DNA of 64,000 bases from an uncultured delta proteobacterium (GCA_963848295.1 CAWKDB010000010.1:4384001-4448000), one strand, 5' to 3'. Positions 22,057-34,952 are shown, counted from the stretch's first letter. The notes: generated from the letters alone by a model not told the origin. Program-made: numbers and translations.

Positions 22057-23031
22057 ATGCGTGCTGTTCGCGTTCACGAGCTCACCGGCCCCGAGGCGCT
22101 GCGTATCGACGACCTTCCCGATCCGACCGGCGGTGCCGGCCAGGTCGTGATCGACGTCGCCGCGGTCGGCGTCAACTTCCCCGACTTGCTGATCTCGCGC
22201 GGTCAGTATCAGTTCAAGCCTGCGCCGCCGTTCATTCCGGGCGGCGAAGCAGCGGGCACGGTCGTCGCGGTCGGCGCCGGCGTGAAGGCGTTCGCGGTCG
22301 GCGATCGCGTGGCGTCGACCGTGTTGTACGGCGCGTTCGCGGAGCGGATCGCGGTGCCCGAGATGTCGACGGTGAAGGTGCCGGCGAGCGTCGACTTCAC
22401 GATCGCGGCAGCGACGCTGCTCACGTACGGCACGACGTATCACGCGCTCGTCGATCGCGCCGCGATCAAGGCCGGCGAGACGCTGCTCGTGCTCGGCGCC
22501 GCGGGCGGCGTAGGGATCGCCGCGGTCGAGCTCGGTGCGCTGCTCGGTGCCAGAGTGATCGCCGCGGCATCGAGCGACGACAAGCTCGAGTTCTGCCGCG
22601 CGCACGGCGCGACCGACGTCATCAACTACGCGCGCGAGGACCTCAAAGATCGGATCAAGGCGCTGACCGGCGGCAAAGGCGTGGACGTCGTCTACGATCC
22701 GGTCGGCGGCGCGTTCTCCGAGGCGGCGTTACGCGGCGTTGGCTGGCAAGGGCGGTACCTCGTCGTCGGATTTGCGGCCGGCGACATCCCTAAGATCCCG
22801 CTCAACCTCGTCTTGCTCAAGGGCTGCCAGATCCTGGGCGTGTTCTGGGGCTCGTTCGCGATGCGCGAGCCGGCGCGCAACCGGGCCAACGGCGAGCAGA
22901 TCTTCGCGTGGGTGGCCGAAGGCAAGCTCAAGCCCGCGATCGACGCGGTGCTGCCGTTCGCGCAGGCCGGCGAGGCGCTCCTCCGGATCGAGCGTCGAGC
23001 GGTCAAGGGCAAGCTCGTCCTGATTCCGTGA
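22057..23031 (+). CDS. NADPH:quinone oxidoreductase (MDR family)
   Basis: GVNFPD..I..G.YQ, PGGE.AG, GAAGGVG, DVVYDPVGG. Confidence 0.92.
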   Translation: MRAVRVHELTGPEALRIDDLPDPTGGAGQVVIDVAAVGVNFPDLLISRGQYQFKPAPPFIPGGEAAGTVVAVGAGVKAFAVGDRVASTVLYGAFAERIAVPEMSTVKVPASVDFTIAAATLLTYGTTYHALVDRAAIKAGETLLVLGAAGGVGIAAVELGALLGARVIAAASSDDKLEFCRAHGATDVINYAREDLKDRIKALTGGKGVDVVYDPVGGAFSEAALRGVGWQGRYLVVGFAAGDIPKIPLNLVLLKGCQILGVFWGSFAMREPARNRANGEQIFAWVAEGKLKPAIDAVLPFAQAGEALLRIERRAVKGKLVLIP

Positions 23032-23046
23032 GACACTTCGGAGTGG

Positions 23047-24231
23047 ATGCTCGAGAGGCTCGCCACGCGCCTCGTCCTGTCCGCGGCGATCGCGGGCTGT
23101 AACTTCACACGCGCCGAGTCCTCGTCGGGCCAGGTCGACGCACCGCCCAACGCCACCGACGGGTCGCGACCGATCGACGCGGTGCCGATCGACGGCTGCG
23201 TGTCGTTCTCGACGCTCCTCGATACCTGCGCGGCGGGTGCCGGCGCGGACCTGACGCTGTCGTCGTCGGCCAAGCTCGACACGGAGAGCGGCGCGCTGGT
23301 GACGACGGACGGTACGACCGAAATTGTCGATGCGCAGCCGATCGCGATCGGTGGCGTCTCGGTCGAAGTGCTCGTCGTCCACGATCTGACGCTCGCGCCG
23401 TCGGTCACGCTGGGCGCGACCGGCGCGCGGCCGTTCGCGATCGTCGCGAGCGGCTCGGTCACTCTACAAGACAATGCGTTGATCGAGGTCGGCGACGGGG
23501 GCGCCGGTGCGCCCGCGACGTGCAGCGTCGACATCGACGGTGCAGACAACGGCGGCGGCGGTGGTGGTGGCGGCGGCGGCGGCGCGGGGGCCGCAGGCGG
23601 TGGCGGTGGCGCGGGCAACTCCGACGGATCACCGGGCGCGGGCGGCATGCCGGGGCCGTCATTCGCGTTTCCGCTCGCGCCGGTCGGCGGCTGTCCGGGC
23701 GGTCACGGCGGCATGGGCACGGATCCCGGCGGCGTCGGCGGGCTCGGCGGCGGTGGGATCTATATCGTCGCGGCCGAGAGCATCTCGATCATGGGGACGA
23801 CCGGCGGGATCGACGCGGGCGGCGCCGGTGGCAACGGCGGCATGCAGTCGCCGGGCAAGTACGGCGATGCCGGTGGCGGTGGTGGCGGTGCGGGCGGCTC
23901 GATCATCCTCGAATCGCCGGTGATCTCGAGCTCCGGCTGGCTCGCCGCGAACGGCGGCGGCGGCGGCGAGGCCTCGGGCGGCGATCACATCGGCAACGAC
24001 GGCCACAACGGTGAGCTGTCGATGACCGCGGCGCCGGGCGGCACAGGAAGCGGCAGCAGCGGCACCGACGGCGGCGCCGGTGGGACGCGCTCTAACCCGG
24101 GCGGCACGACGGTGACCGCGACGACTCCGGGTGGCGGCGGTGGCGGGGGCGGGGGCGTCGGCTTCGTCGTGATCAAGTCGGCGAACGCGCAACTCGGCGC
24201 AAACGTCACGCCGGCAGCGACGACGCTGTAG
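23047..24231 (+). CDS. Glycine-rich secreted lipoprotein
   Basis: Lipobox AIAGC; repeated poly-Gly/GGAGG blocks separated by short beta segments. Confidence 0.75.
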   Translation: MLERLATRLVLSAAIAGCNFTRAESSSGQVDAPPNATDGSRPIDAVPIDGCVSFSTLLDTCAAGAGADLTLSSSAKLDTESGALVTTDGTTEIVDAQPIAIGGVSVEVLVVHDLTLAPSVTLGATGARPFAIVASGSVTLQDNALIEVGDGGAGAPATCSVDIDGADNGGGGGGGGGGGAGAAGGGGGAGNSDGSPGAGGMPGPSFAFPLAPVGGCPGGHGGMGTDPGGVGGLGGGGIYIVAAESISIMGTTGGIDAGGAGGNGGMQSPGKYGDAGGGGGGAGGSIILESPVISSSGWLAANGGGGGEASGGDHIGNDGHNGELSMTAAPGGTGSGSSGTDGGAGGTRSNPGGTTVTATTPGGGGGGGGGVGFVVIKSANAQLGANVTPAATTL

Positions 24232-24266
24232 ACGCGCGCTCGATCGGCGCTCGATCGCGCTAGATC

Positions 24267-24347
24267 CAATGCCGCTCAGATAAGTGCGTTGACCTTGACC
24301 TTGACCTCGACATGAAGGTCAAGGTCAACGTTATCTGAGCGGCACTG
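24267..24347. mobile_element. 81-bp MITE with IS4-like terminal inverted repeats
   Basis: 17-bp TIRs CAATGCCGCTCAGATAA / TTATCTGAGCGGCACTG (1 mismatch); 10-bp direct repeat GCGCTAGATC at 24257-24266 and 24348-24357; internal TTGACC/GGTCAA hairpin. Confidence 0.8.
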
Positions 24348-24350
24348 GCG

Positions 24351-25148
24351 CTAGATCCCGCAGGCCGTGGCGCCGCCTCGCAGCCCGGTGCGGAACGCGG
24401 TCGTGCGCTGCGCCGACGAGCCGTGCGTGAACGTCTCGGGCCGCACGCGTCCGGTCTCGCGTCGCTGGATCGCGTCGTCGCCGATCTGAGCCGCCGCGTT
24501 CAGCGCCTGATCGACATCGCCGACCTCGACGATGCCGCGGAGCGACGCGTCTTTGGCCCATGCGCCGGCGAGACAGTCCGCTTGCAGCTCGACGTGGACC
24601 GAGTTGCCGGAGCCACCGGTGAGTAACCCGCGCTGGTTCTGGACGTGGTGGCCGACCTCGTGCGCGATGACGTACGCTTCCGCGAATTCTCCCGGCGCGC
24701 CGAACCGCCGGCGCAGCTCGTCGAAGAACGCTAGGTCGAGGTAGACCTCGCGATCGTTCGGGCAATAGAACGGGCCGACGGCTTCGCTCGCGGTGCCGCA
24801 TGCCGAGGCGAGTGAGCCGTGAAACAACTCGAGCCGAGCGTCGCGGTAACCCGGTAGCTGTTTGCGCCACATCGTCTGAACATCGTCGAATACGAACTCG
24901 ACGAGGTGCTTCGCGCGCTCTTCCGCCGGCGTCCCTTGGTAGTGACCGCTCGACGACGAATCGTCGCCGCCGGTGAACTGGGTGCCGACCACCGCCGCAC
25001 CGGCGATCACGAGGCCGACGAGCGCGCCGCGCCACCCGAACATGCTGAACAGCCGGACGATCAGGCCCAAGCCGCCGCCGCCGCCGGGCCCGCGCTCGCT
25101 ACGCCGATCGTCGACCTCGGAGCTCGAGTAGTTGTCGTCCCACTTCAT
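24351..25148 (-). CDS. Neutral zinc metallopeptidase (YpfJ-like)
   Basis: MKW....S..VDDRR, GPFYCP.D..VYLD, AHEVGHHVQ, ELQADCLAG, FTHGSS.QR; SD AGGAG before ATG 25148. Confidence 0.92.
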   Translation of the reverse strand: MKWDDNYSSSEVDDRRSERGPGGGGGLGLIVRLFSMFGWRGALVGLVIAGAAVVGTQFTGGDDSSSSGHYQGTPAEERAKHLVEFVFDDVQTMWRKQLPGYRDARLELFHGSLASACGTASEAVGPFYCPNDREVYLDLAFFDELRRRFGAPGEFAEAYVIAHEVGHHVQNQRGLLTGGSGNSVHVELQADCLAGAWAKDASLRGIVEVGDVDQALNAAAQIGDDAIQRRETGRVRPETFTHGSSAQRTTAFRTGLRGGATACGI

Positions 25149-25165
25149 GGCTCCTACCGTGCACG

Positions 25166-25897
25166 TTAGCGCGATTTGCCAAGCGGATGCGCAGCCATCC
25201 AATCGAGGATCACGTCGGCCTTCTTGCGGTCGAGCGCACCTTCTTCTTTGTCGTGATCGCCGCCACGCACGAGGTCCCACGTCACGTCTTGTTTGCAGCC
25301 GACGAAGTAGTCGCGCAGCTCGACCGCGAGTCGATGCAACGGATTGCGATCGCCGACGAGGAAGTACGCGGGCAGCGGGCGACTCGGGCAGGTCTCATCG
25401 AACGGCGCGACGCCGCCGCCGTGCAACACGACCGCGGCAAAGGTCGAGGTCCACAGCGATGCGCGCTCGCCGATGTACGACGCGCCACCCGACCAGCCGA
25501 CGAGGTAGATCCGGTCGCGATCGATCGCGGTCGCGCCGGTGGAGTCTGCGATCCGATCGACGACCCAGCTCGCTTCGCCGCCCCATTGCCACCAGCTGTC
25601 GAGCTTGCTCGGACACTCGAGCGCGAGCAGCGCCCAGCGGCGAGCGAGGACGGCCTTCTTCCACCGCACGGCCGCCGCGGGTGCGTGCTCGCGATCGCCA
25701 TGCAGCACGACGACGAGGGGTACGGGATCTGTCGGGTGGCTGGGTGCGTCGAAGATGCAACCACGGCAAGGCGCGGCTGACGCTGGCAGCGCTCCGAGCG
25801 CCAGTGCACAGCCAAGAGCGATGGCCGGGACCCGCGCCCGGCCAGCAGCACTGCCGAAGGGCAGTGCGGCTAGATCGCTGGCGACGCCGATCCGCAT
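25166..25897 (-). CDS. Secreted alpha/beta hydrolase (esterase or depolymerase-like)
   Basis: PLVVVLHG, IDRDRIYLVGWSGG nucleophile elbow, GDRNP, GGDH. Confidence 0.8.
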   Translation of the reverse strand: MRIGVASDLAALPFGSAAGRARVPAIALGCALALGALPASAAPCRGCIFDAPSHPTDPVPLVVVLHGDREHAPAAAVRWKKAVLARRWALLALECPSKLDSWWQWGGEASWVVDRIADSTGATAIDRDRIYLVGWSGGASYIGERASLWTSTFAAVVLHGGGVAPFDETCPSRPLPAYFLVGDRNPLHRLAVELRDYFVGCKQDVTWDLVRGGDHDKEEGALDRKKADVILDWMAAHPLGKSR

Positions 25898-26046
25898 GCT
25901 TGCGATCGTGACAAGCCGCGTCGCGATTCGCTCACGGTTTCGGAGCCGATCGTTGCGATTGGTTGGATCGATGTGTGCGTGGCTCGCACCATCAGGAGTT
26001 TCTTGGCGTTCTCGTCGATAAGCCGCAGACTTAGAGGGAAACGGTC

Positions 26047-28113
26047 ATGCGGGGGCTGCTGTATATCGCCTCCATTCTTGGAGCGAGCTGTATGTCGTCG
26101 TCCGGCAACCGGACAGTCGGCACGGTGTCGCCCACGCCGGAAGCCGGCGCCTCGGCGGAGCATCTCGGCGCTCGGATCACGAGCCTGACGGACGCGCGTT
26201 GCCCGGCCGGCGAGGTCGCGGCGATCGCGATCGTCGATGGCCAGGAGCGCGGCGCGGTGTGCCCCAGCGACGCGACCGCACACCAGCTGACGATCGTCGA
26301 TCTCACCGATGCGTGGACGCCGGCGTTGTTCGCGCCCGCCGCCGATGGTCAGGTCCCCGCTAAAGGGGAACCTTCGGACCGAGGAGTCGGCGATCCTTTA
26401 GGAGCGGACCGCCGATCGATCAATCGTCCTCAGGTCCCCAGCTTTCGTGCGAGCTACCTCGCGATCGCGAACGAGCGCGACGCCGCCGGCAAGAAGCTCG
26501 AAGGCGACGACGCGCTCGACGAGCTGTACGGCGTGGTGCCGGCGCTCGCGATCGTGCGCGCCCGACTCGCCGATGATGCGCGGCACGCGTGTCACGCCGC
26601 GATCGATCCGAAGCCGATCGCCGCGCTCGACTATCCGTACTCGCTCGACGACAAGGACGGCGTGCGCAACGCGGAGCTGTGGCGCGCCGGACTCGAAGCG
26701 CAGCTCGAGCGCGAACGCACGCGGCGGCAACTCCCGGACATCGCGGCACTCGCCGCGCTGCCGCCGTGGACCGCGAAGGTCGCGGAGTGGCAGAAGCTCG
26801 ACACCGCGCATCGAGGGCTGGTCACTGCCGAGCGGGAGTTTCAATGCGAAGGCTGGCTCGGCGACAAGGAGCTCGACGGCAGCTTCACGTGGCGGACCGG
26901 TAACGCGGTCGAGCTGTTCCAGCGCCGCAACTTCTTGATGCCGACCGAGCGGCTCGACGCCGAGACCCGCGAGGCGATGCAGCTCGACAGCCACGAGCTC
27001 GACTACCGACTCGCCCTGCGCGTCCTGCGCGAGCGGGTCGCCGACGCGACCGGCCTCATCGAAGACGGCACGGCCGGCGCGGGCCCGCAACCGATCATGG
27101 GCCGCATGCTCGATCCCGTGGCGATGCGCACCGCGCGCGGCGGCTCGCCGCTGCCGGACGCCGCGCCCGATCTGATCAGCGCTGCGACCGAAGCCGCCGC
27201 GAAGCAACTCGGTTGGACCGGTCCGAGCGAGGTGCGCGCGTTTCTCGAACGCCGCGGTGCCGGTGCGCGGTTCGCGATCGCGTTGCCGCCGATCCCCGCC
27301 TACCACACGGCGCACATGGAGCTGTCGGCGGAGGTCGATCGAGGCGACGTGTTCTACGACGAAGAGCCGCCTCCGTTCCGCCGGATCGTCGCGCATCGCC
27401 CTACGCTCACGGTGTTCGCGACGATCGATCAGGCCGCACCGCCTTCCGGCCCGGGTCAGGCCCCCACCGTCGTGCGCGTGAGGAAGCCGCTCGTCCGCTG
27501 GCCGACGACGATCGGCGGCTGGGCCGACGTCCGGTTGCCGGACGGCAGCCTCGTCCAACGCTGGAAGGAATCCGAGGTCGGGCCGCGCTTGTGGCGCGAC
27601 GTGTTCGCGGGGCCGACCTGGCTCGCGCCCCGGACGACACCGGATCGCGAGCTCGTGAAGAATCTGTGGAACGGCCATTGGGGCCTCAAGACCGAGGAGT
27701 TCGGCCCGGGCCCGCACGCCGCGTACGGCATGGTGTTGATCGAGATGCTGCAGGCGATCAAGCTCAAGGACGGCACCGTCCGGCTCGACGACAACGGCAT
27801 CGGCACGCATGGATCGGCGAGCGTGACGTCGATCGTCAACGGCACGAGCCACGGCTGTCATCGGCTGTACAACCAGCTCGCGGTCCGACTCGGCGATTTC
27901 TTGTTGCGCCACCGCGATCACATCGTGCGCGGCGAGCAGCCGGAGCAGTATCGCCGCTGGGTCCACCACAACGACGAGACGTTCAAGGCCGCGATCGACA
28001 CGCGCGGCTTTCTCTACGAGCTGACGCCGCCGGTCCCGGTCGTGGTCCTCAAGGGCAACATCCTCTCGAAGCGCAAGGTTCCGCCGGTGCTCAGCGCCCC
28101 GGCGCGTCCTTAG
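26047..28113 (+). CDS. L,D-transpeptidase-family lipoprotein with peptidoglycan-binding-like segment
   Basis: Lipobox GASC; DG.F..RT.NAV..FQRRN; catalytic GIGTHG...SHGC.RL.N. Confidence 0.8.
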   Translation: MRGLLYIASILGASCMSSSGNRTVGTVSPTPEAGASAEHLGARITSLTDARCPAGEVAAIAIVDGQERGAVCPSDATAHQLTIVDLTDAWTPALFAPAADGQVPAKGEPSDRGVGDPLGADRRSINRPQVPSFRASYLAIANERDAAGKKLEGDDALDELYGVVPALAIVRARLADDARHACHAAIDPKPIAALDYPYSLDDKDGVRNAELWRAGLEAQLERERTRRQLPDIAALAALPPWTAKVAEWQKLDTAHRGLVTAEREFQCEGWLGDKELDGSFTWRTGNAVELFQRRNFLMPTERLDAETREAMQLDSHELDYRLALRVLRERVADATGLIEDGTAGAGPQPIMGRMLDPVAMRTARGGSPLPDAAPDLISAATEAAAKQLGWTGPSEVRAFLERRGAGARFAIALPPIPAYHTAHMELSAEVDRGDVFYDEEPPPFRRIVAHRPTLTVFATIDQAAPPSGPGQAPTVVRVRKPLVRWPTTIGGWADVRLPDGSLVQRWKESEVGPRLWRDVFAGPTWLAPRTTPDRELVKNLWNGHWGLKTEEFGPGPHAAYGMVLIEMLQAIKLKDGTVRLDDNGIGTHGSASVTSIVNGTSHGCHRLYNQLAVRLGDFLLRHRDHIVRGEQPEQYRRWVHHNDETFKAAIDTRGFLYELTPPVPVVVLKGNILSKRKVPPVLSAPARP
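26349..26439. repeat. In-frame 81-nt insertion bounded by the 10-bp direct repeat TCAGGTCCCC
   Basis: Repeat copies at 26349-26358 and 26430-26439; internal inverted repeat CTAAAGG/CCTTTAG; A/T-ending codons unlike the rest of the gene. Confidence 0.6.
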
Positions 28114-28371
28114 CGGCCTCGACCAACGCGCGCTGCGTCAACCCGCCGCAGGCGCCGTGCGGTGAATTGTCGCGACACGCGAACCGCATCAACGTGCCGC
28201 ACCCGCAGCTCCGACGACACCGGCGATAACCGGCATCGTAACGGTGGAAATGCGACGCGATCACCGCGCAAGATCCGTTCGCGCAACCTTGCGAAATGCC
28301 CGCGAACTGTGGTGACTACGTGACGATGTTTCCGCGCGGGTCGAGTCGCACCTGAGCGAGCGGGGAACCCT

Positions 28372-29074
28372 ATGTCCAGATTCGTCTTTCCCGAGTGGAC
28401 CGAAGACGCTCAAGAAGTGGATCAACCTCTTGGTCCTCGGTGCCCCTGTATACCTCGTGGTGCTCATCGCTTATGGGGTCACGCCTGAAGCGATCCGCAT
28501 CGGCTATCAGCCCGATCAGCCCGTCCCGTACAGCCACGCGCTGCACGCTGGTCAGCTCGGCATCGATTGCCGGTACTGCCACACCACGGTCGAGCGCGCG
28601 GCGAAAGCTGCGCTCCCGCCGGTGGCGACCTGCATGAACTGCCATTCGCAGGTCAAGAAGGACTCGGATGTGTTGATGCCGATCCGCAAGGCGTACGCGG
28701 AGAACGACGACTCGGTTCACTGGACGCGGGTCCACAACCTGCCGGACTACGTCTACTTCAACCACATGGCGCACGTGAACGCGGCGATCGGCTGCGAGAC
28801 CTGCCACGGCCGCATCGATCAGATGACCAAGGTCTACCAAGCCAAGCCGTTGACGATGGGCTGGTGCATCGATTGTCACCGCAACCCGGAGCCCTACCTG
28901 CGCGACCCCAAGAACGTCACGAAGATGGGCTACGACGATCCGACGTCGGAGCCGCATCGCATGCCCGGTGAGGGTCTCGAGATCGCGAAGCGAAATCAGA
29001 TCTTCGAGGTGAACGACGATCCCGCCACTCGAACCCCGCGAGCGCCTCTCAACTGCTCGACCTGTCACCGCTGA
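28372..29074 (+). CDS. actA: ACIII pentaheme cytochrome c subunit (frameshift at ~28402)
   Basis: Start MSRFVFPEW, a TM helix, GYQPDQPVPYSH.LHAG, and five CxxCH motifs. Confidence 0.92.
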
Positions 29075-29084
29075 GGAGCCGAGC

Positions 29085-32000
29085 ATGTCCGAGCACGACC
29101 CCAACGATCACGACCACAGCCACGATGCTCCGCTCCCGGCCGAGCTGCCGCCGACGCCTGTCCACGGCTATTGGAAGTCGCTGGCCGAGCTAGATGGCAA
29201 GGCCGCCTGGCAGCTGCAACCGTCGCGCAAGGAGTTCGCCGACGGCATCGTCGATCGCCCTGCCGATCCGATGTCGCGGCGCAATTTCTTCCACCTCATG
29301 GGCGCGAGCATGGCGCTCGCGGGCGTCGGCGCCTGCAAGCGCTACGAGAAGGAAGACATCGTCCCGCTCGCTCGCCGGCCCGAGGATCAAGTTCCGGGCA
29401 CGACGCTGCAGTACGCCACCGCGTACGAGCTCGCCGGCGTCGGGCACGCGCTCCTCGCGACGTCGTACGAGGGTCGGCCGATTCACCTCGACGGCAACCC
29501 GGAGCACCCGTTCGCCGGCGGTGGCGTCGTTCCCGGCACGAAGCGGCGCGCCGGTGCGCATACATTCGTGCAGGCGTCGATCCTTCACCTCTATGACCCG
29601 GATCGCTCGCAGAACCCGACGAACAACGGCCGCGGCGCTTCGATGGAAGCGTTCCGGACCGAGCTTCCAGCGCTGCGCGACTCGCTGAAGAACGGCGGAG
29701 CGCACGTGCTCGCCGAAGCATCGTCGTCGCCGACGCTGCGCGCGCTCAAGCAGCGGCTGACCTCGCAGTTCCCGGTCCAGTGGCACGAGTACGAGCCGCT
29801 GTCGTGGGACAACGAGCGCACCGGGACCGCGCTCGCCTTCAAGCGGCCGATGCGGCCGATCGCGCGCCTCGACAAGTGCAAGACGATCGTGACGCTCGAC
29901 TGCGACCTGTTCGTCGAGCATCCGGCATCGATGAAGCTACAGCCGCGACTTCGCGCGCAGCCGCCGCATGGACGGCTCGCTCGGCGTCGGCCTGATGAAC
30001 CGGCTGTGGTCGATCGAGGCGACGTTCACGAACACCGGCGCGCTCGCCGACCATCGCTTGCCGCTGCGCGCCGAGTTCGGCCTGCCGTTCGCGATGGCGC
30101 TCGACGCCGAGCTGTCCGGAGGTGCCGCGCCGCCCGCCGAATTCCTCAAAGACGACAAGGTCAGCGCGTACCTCAAGTTGCTCGCGTTCGAGCTCCGAGA
30201 GAGCCACGGCGCGGCGGTCGTCGTCGCGGGTCGGCGTCAGCCGCCCGAGGTCCACGCGCTCGTCGCGAAGATCAACCAGACGATCGGCGCGCCCGGCGCG
30301 ACGCTCGATTACTACGAAGATCCGGATCCGACTCGCGTCTCGCACCTGGAAGCGATCACGCAGCTCGGCAAGGAGATGACCGCCGGTCGCGTCCAGACGC
30401 TGATCATCCTCGGCGGCAACCCGGTGTATGACGCGCCGGCCGACCTGGACTTCGCGGGTGGCCTCGCGAAGGTCGCGACGTCGCTCCATCTGTCCGAGTA
30501 CGACGACGAGACGTCGAAGAAGTGCACGTGGCACGTGCCGAAGGCGCACTTCCTCGAGGCGTGGGGCGATGTCGAGACGTGGGACGGCATGCTCACGGTC
30601 GCGCAGCCCTTGATCGCGCCGCTCTACGGCGGCATCTCGTCCGCCGAGCTGCATCTCGCTGCTGTTCGGTGAAGAGAAAGGCGGCGAGGAGCTCGTAACG
30701 ACGGCTCACCGCGGCCTGCAGCTCTCGGACTTGGACTGGAAGAAGCACGTCCACGACGGCTTCGTCGCAGACAGGAAGCTGGCCACGTCGGTGGTCCAGG
30801 TCGGCCCGCTGCCCACGTTCCGGCCGAACGACAGCCAGCTGTCCGGCTCGAAGCGCGGCCGCAACGAGCTCGAGGTGGTGTTCCACTACTCGAGCGCGAC
30901 GTACGACGGTCGGTTCGCGAACAACGCGTGGCTACAAGAGACCCCTGACTTCCTGACGAAGGTGACGTGGGATAACTACGCGCTCGTGTCGCCCGAGACC
31001 GCGGACACGCTCGGGCTCAAGAACGATACGATGATCACCGTCAAGATCGGCGATCGCTCGGTCGACGTGTGCTGCTACACGATGCCGGGGCAGGCGCGCT
31101 ACTCGATCGGGCTCGTGCTCGGCGGTGGTCGCACCGAAGCCGGTCACGTGGCGACCCACCCGCACAACGTGTCGAGCGCGGCGCCGCCGAAGCGCGTCGT
31201 CGGCTGGGATACCTACAAGGTCCGCACGACCGCGGGCTTCGACATCGCGACCGGTTGCTCGGCGACCGGCGGCGGCGCGCACTACGAGCTCGCCGACGTC
31301 CAGGATCACTGGGACTACCGCCCGGGCCTGATGCCGGACATCGGCCGGGAGGCGATCGCCGAGCGCGCGCCGAAGCTGATCCGCGAAACGACCGCCGCGA
31401 GCCCGAATCTGCCGCTCGCCGAGGACGAGTACTGGAACGACTCCGACCAGGAAGGCAAGCACAAGCTCCGCCACCTGTCGCTGTTCGAGGAGCACGAGTA
31501 CCACGGTCACCGCTGGGGCATGGCGATCGACCTCAACACGTGCACCGGCTGCAACGCGTGCATGGTCGCGTGTCAGTCCGAGAACAACGTCCCGGTCGTC
31601 GGTCGCCAAGAGGTGATCAACAACCGCGAGATGAGCTGGATCCGGATCGATCGCTACTTCCAAGGGGATCGCCGACGATCCGCACGTCGTCCATCAGCCG
31701 CTCGGCTGCCAGCAGTGCGAGAACGCGCCGTGCGAGCAGGTCTGCCCGGTCGGTGCGACCCAGCACTCCGACGAAGGCCTCAACGACATGGCCTACAACC
31801 GCTGCATCGGCACGCGGTACTGCGCGAACAACTGTCCGTACAAGGTGCGGCGATTCAACTTCCTCGACTGGAACAAGGAGTTCCGCGAGGCGCGAGAGAA
31901 GGTCCGCCGGCTGCTGTTCAACCCGGACGTCACGGTGCGCATGCGCGGCGTGATGGAGAAGTGCACGTATCTGCGTGCAGCGGATCCAGAACGCGAAGAT

Positions 32001-32278
32001 CAAGGCGAAGGCCGAGATCCGCAGCGGCAAGCGCACGGGCTCGGTCACAGGCCCGCTCGAAGATGGCGAGGTCGAGACCGCGTGTCAGAGCGCGTGCCCG
32101 ACCGAGGCGATCGTGTTCGGCGATCTCGAGGACGAGAACAGCCGCGTCTCGGTGCAGCACGCCAGACCGTCGCGCGTACGAGCTGCTGGGCTCCGAGGTC
32201 TACACCAAGCCGCGAACGCGCTACCTCGCTCGCGTTCGCAACATCAGAACACCCGACGGGAGCCGGTGGAGCGGCCAA

Positions 32279-32282
<4 letters not shown>
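29085..32282 (+). CDS. actB: ACIII ActB: molybdopterin-oxidoreductase-like domain plus Fe-S domain (several frameshifts)
   Basis: YWKSLAEL, Tat motif [77 protein letters not shown]. Confidence 0.92.
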
Positions 32283-33672
<1,390 letters not shown>

Positions 33673-33673
33673 G

Positions 33674-34952
33674 ATGTCGACCGACCACGATCAGTACGAA
33701 GGGGCCCACGACGCGCCGACCGATCACGGCGAGGGCGAGCTCTACGGCGTCCTTGCCGAGTTCGACACGCCGGGCGAGCTGATGGAAGCCGCGCGTCGTG
33801 TTCGCGATGCGGGCTACACCGACTTCGACTGCTACAGCCCGTTCCCGGTCCACGGTATCGATTCCGCCATGGGGATCAAGCGGACGATGTTGCCGCTGGT
33901 CATCTTCGGCGGCGGCGCGGTCGGCACGATCAGTGGCTTGCTGCTGCAGTGGTACTGCAACGCCTACTCGTGGGGCTGGAACATCTCCGGTAAGCCGACG
34001 TGGTCGATTCCGGCGAACATCCCGATCGCCTACGAGCTGACGATCTTGCTCGCGGTGTTCTGCTCGTTCTTCGGCATGTGGATCGCGAACAAGCTGCCGC
34101 AGGTCTGGCACCCGCTGTTCCGCTCCGAGCGGTTCGGTACGAGTGACCGACGACGGCTTCTTCGTCGGTATCGAGGCGAAAGACCGGCGGTTCGACGCCG
34201 AGAAGACGAAGAAGCTGCTCGAAGATGCCGGCGCTATCGCGATCGACAACATCCATCTCGATCCCGATCCGGCACAGAAGCGGATGCCGAAGTGGATCAA
34301 GGCGCTGATCGTCGCGAGCACCGCGTTCGCGTTGATCCCGTTCGCGATCGCAGCGAAGGCGCGCAACTCGCATTCGAGCGAGCCCCACATCTACATCTTC
34401 CCCGACATGAACTGGCAGCCGAAGTACAAGTCCGACACGGAGATGGACATGTTCCCGGACGGACGTGCGAACCGCGGCCAGATCGAAGGCACGATCGCGC
34501 GCGGCTGGCTCGAGGACGATACGGTGCTCTACCAGGGCATCGAGAACGGCGCGTTCGCGACGGGCTTCCCGAAGCTGCATCGTGATGGCACGCCGTTCGT
34601 CATCGACGATCAGCTGCTCGCGCGCGGTCAGGCGCGGTTCAACATCTACTGCACGCCGTGCCACGGCTACGACGGCCAAGGCAAGGGCATGGTGCCGACG
34701 CGAGTCAGCGAGAGCGGCGGGACGTGGAGCGTGCGCAACCTGGTCGAGGCGCCGACGGCTGATGGCAAAGGCGGCGTCGCCGTCCAGATGCCGAACGGTC
34801 AGATGTTCTACACGATCACGCACGGCATGAACACGATGCAGGGCTATGCCGGCCAGATTCCCGCGGACGATCGATGGGCGATCGTCGCCTACGTCCGTGC
34901 TCTCGAACGCTCGCAGATGGCGTCGAACACCAACGCCGGCGACCAACCGTAG
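33674..34952 (+). CDS. actDE: Fused ACIII ActD (DUF3341)-ActE (monoheme cytochrome c); frameshift at ~34140
   Basis: [25 protein letters not shown], then without a stop a TM helix, DM.WQPKY, CTPCHG and M.GYA.QI...[12 protein letters not shown]. Confidence 0.85.

Noticed and set aside
23047..24231. Mycobacterial PE-PGRS gene acquired horizontally
   Set aside because: There is no PE domain. It has a lipobox and host-like composition, so the similarity is only low-complexity glycine.
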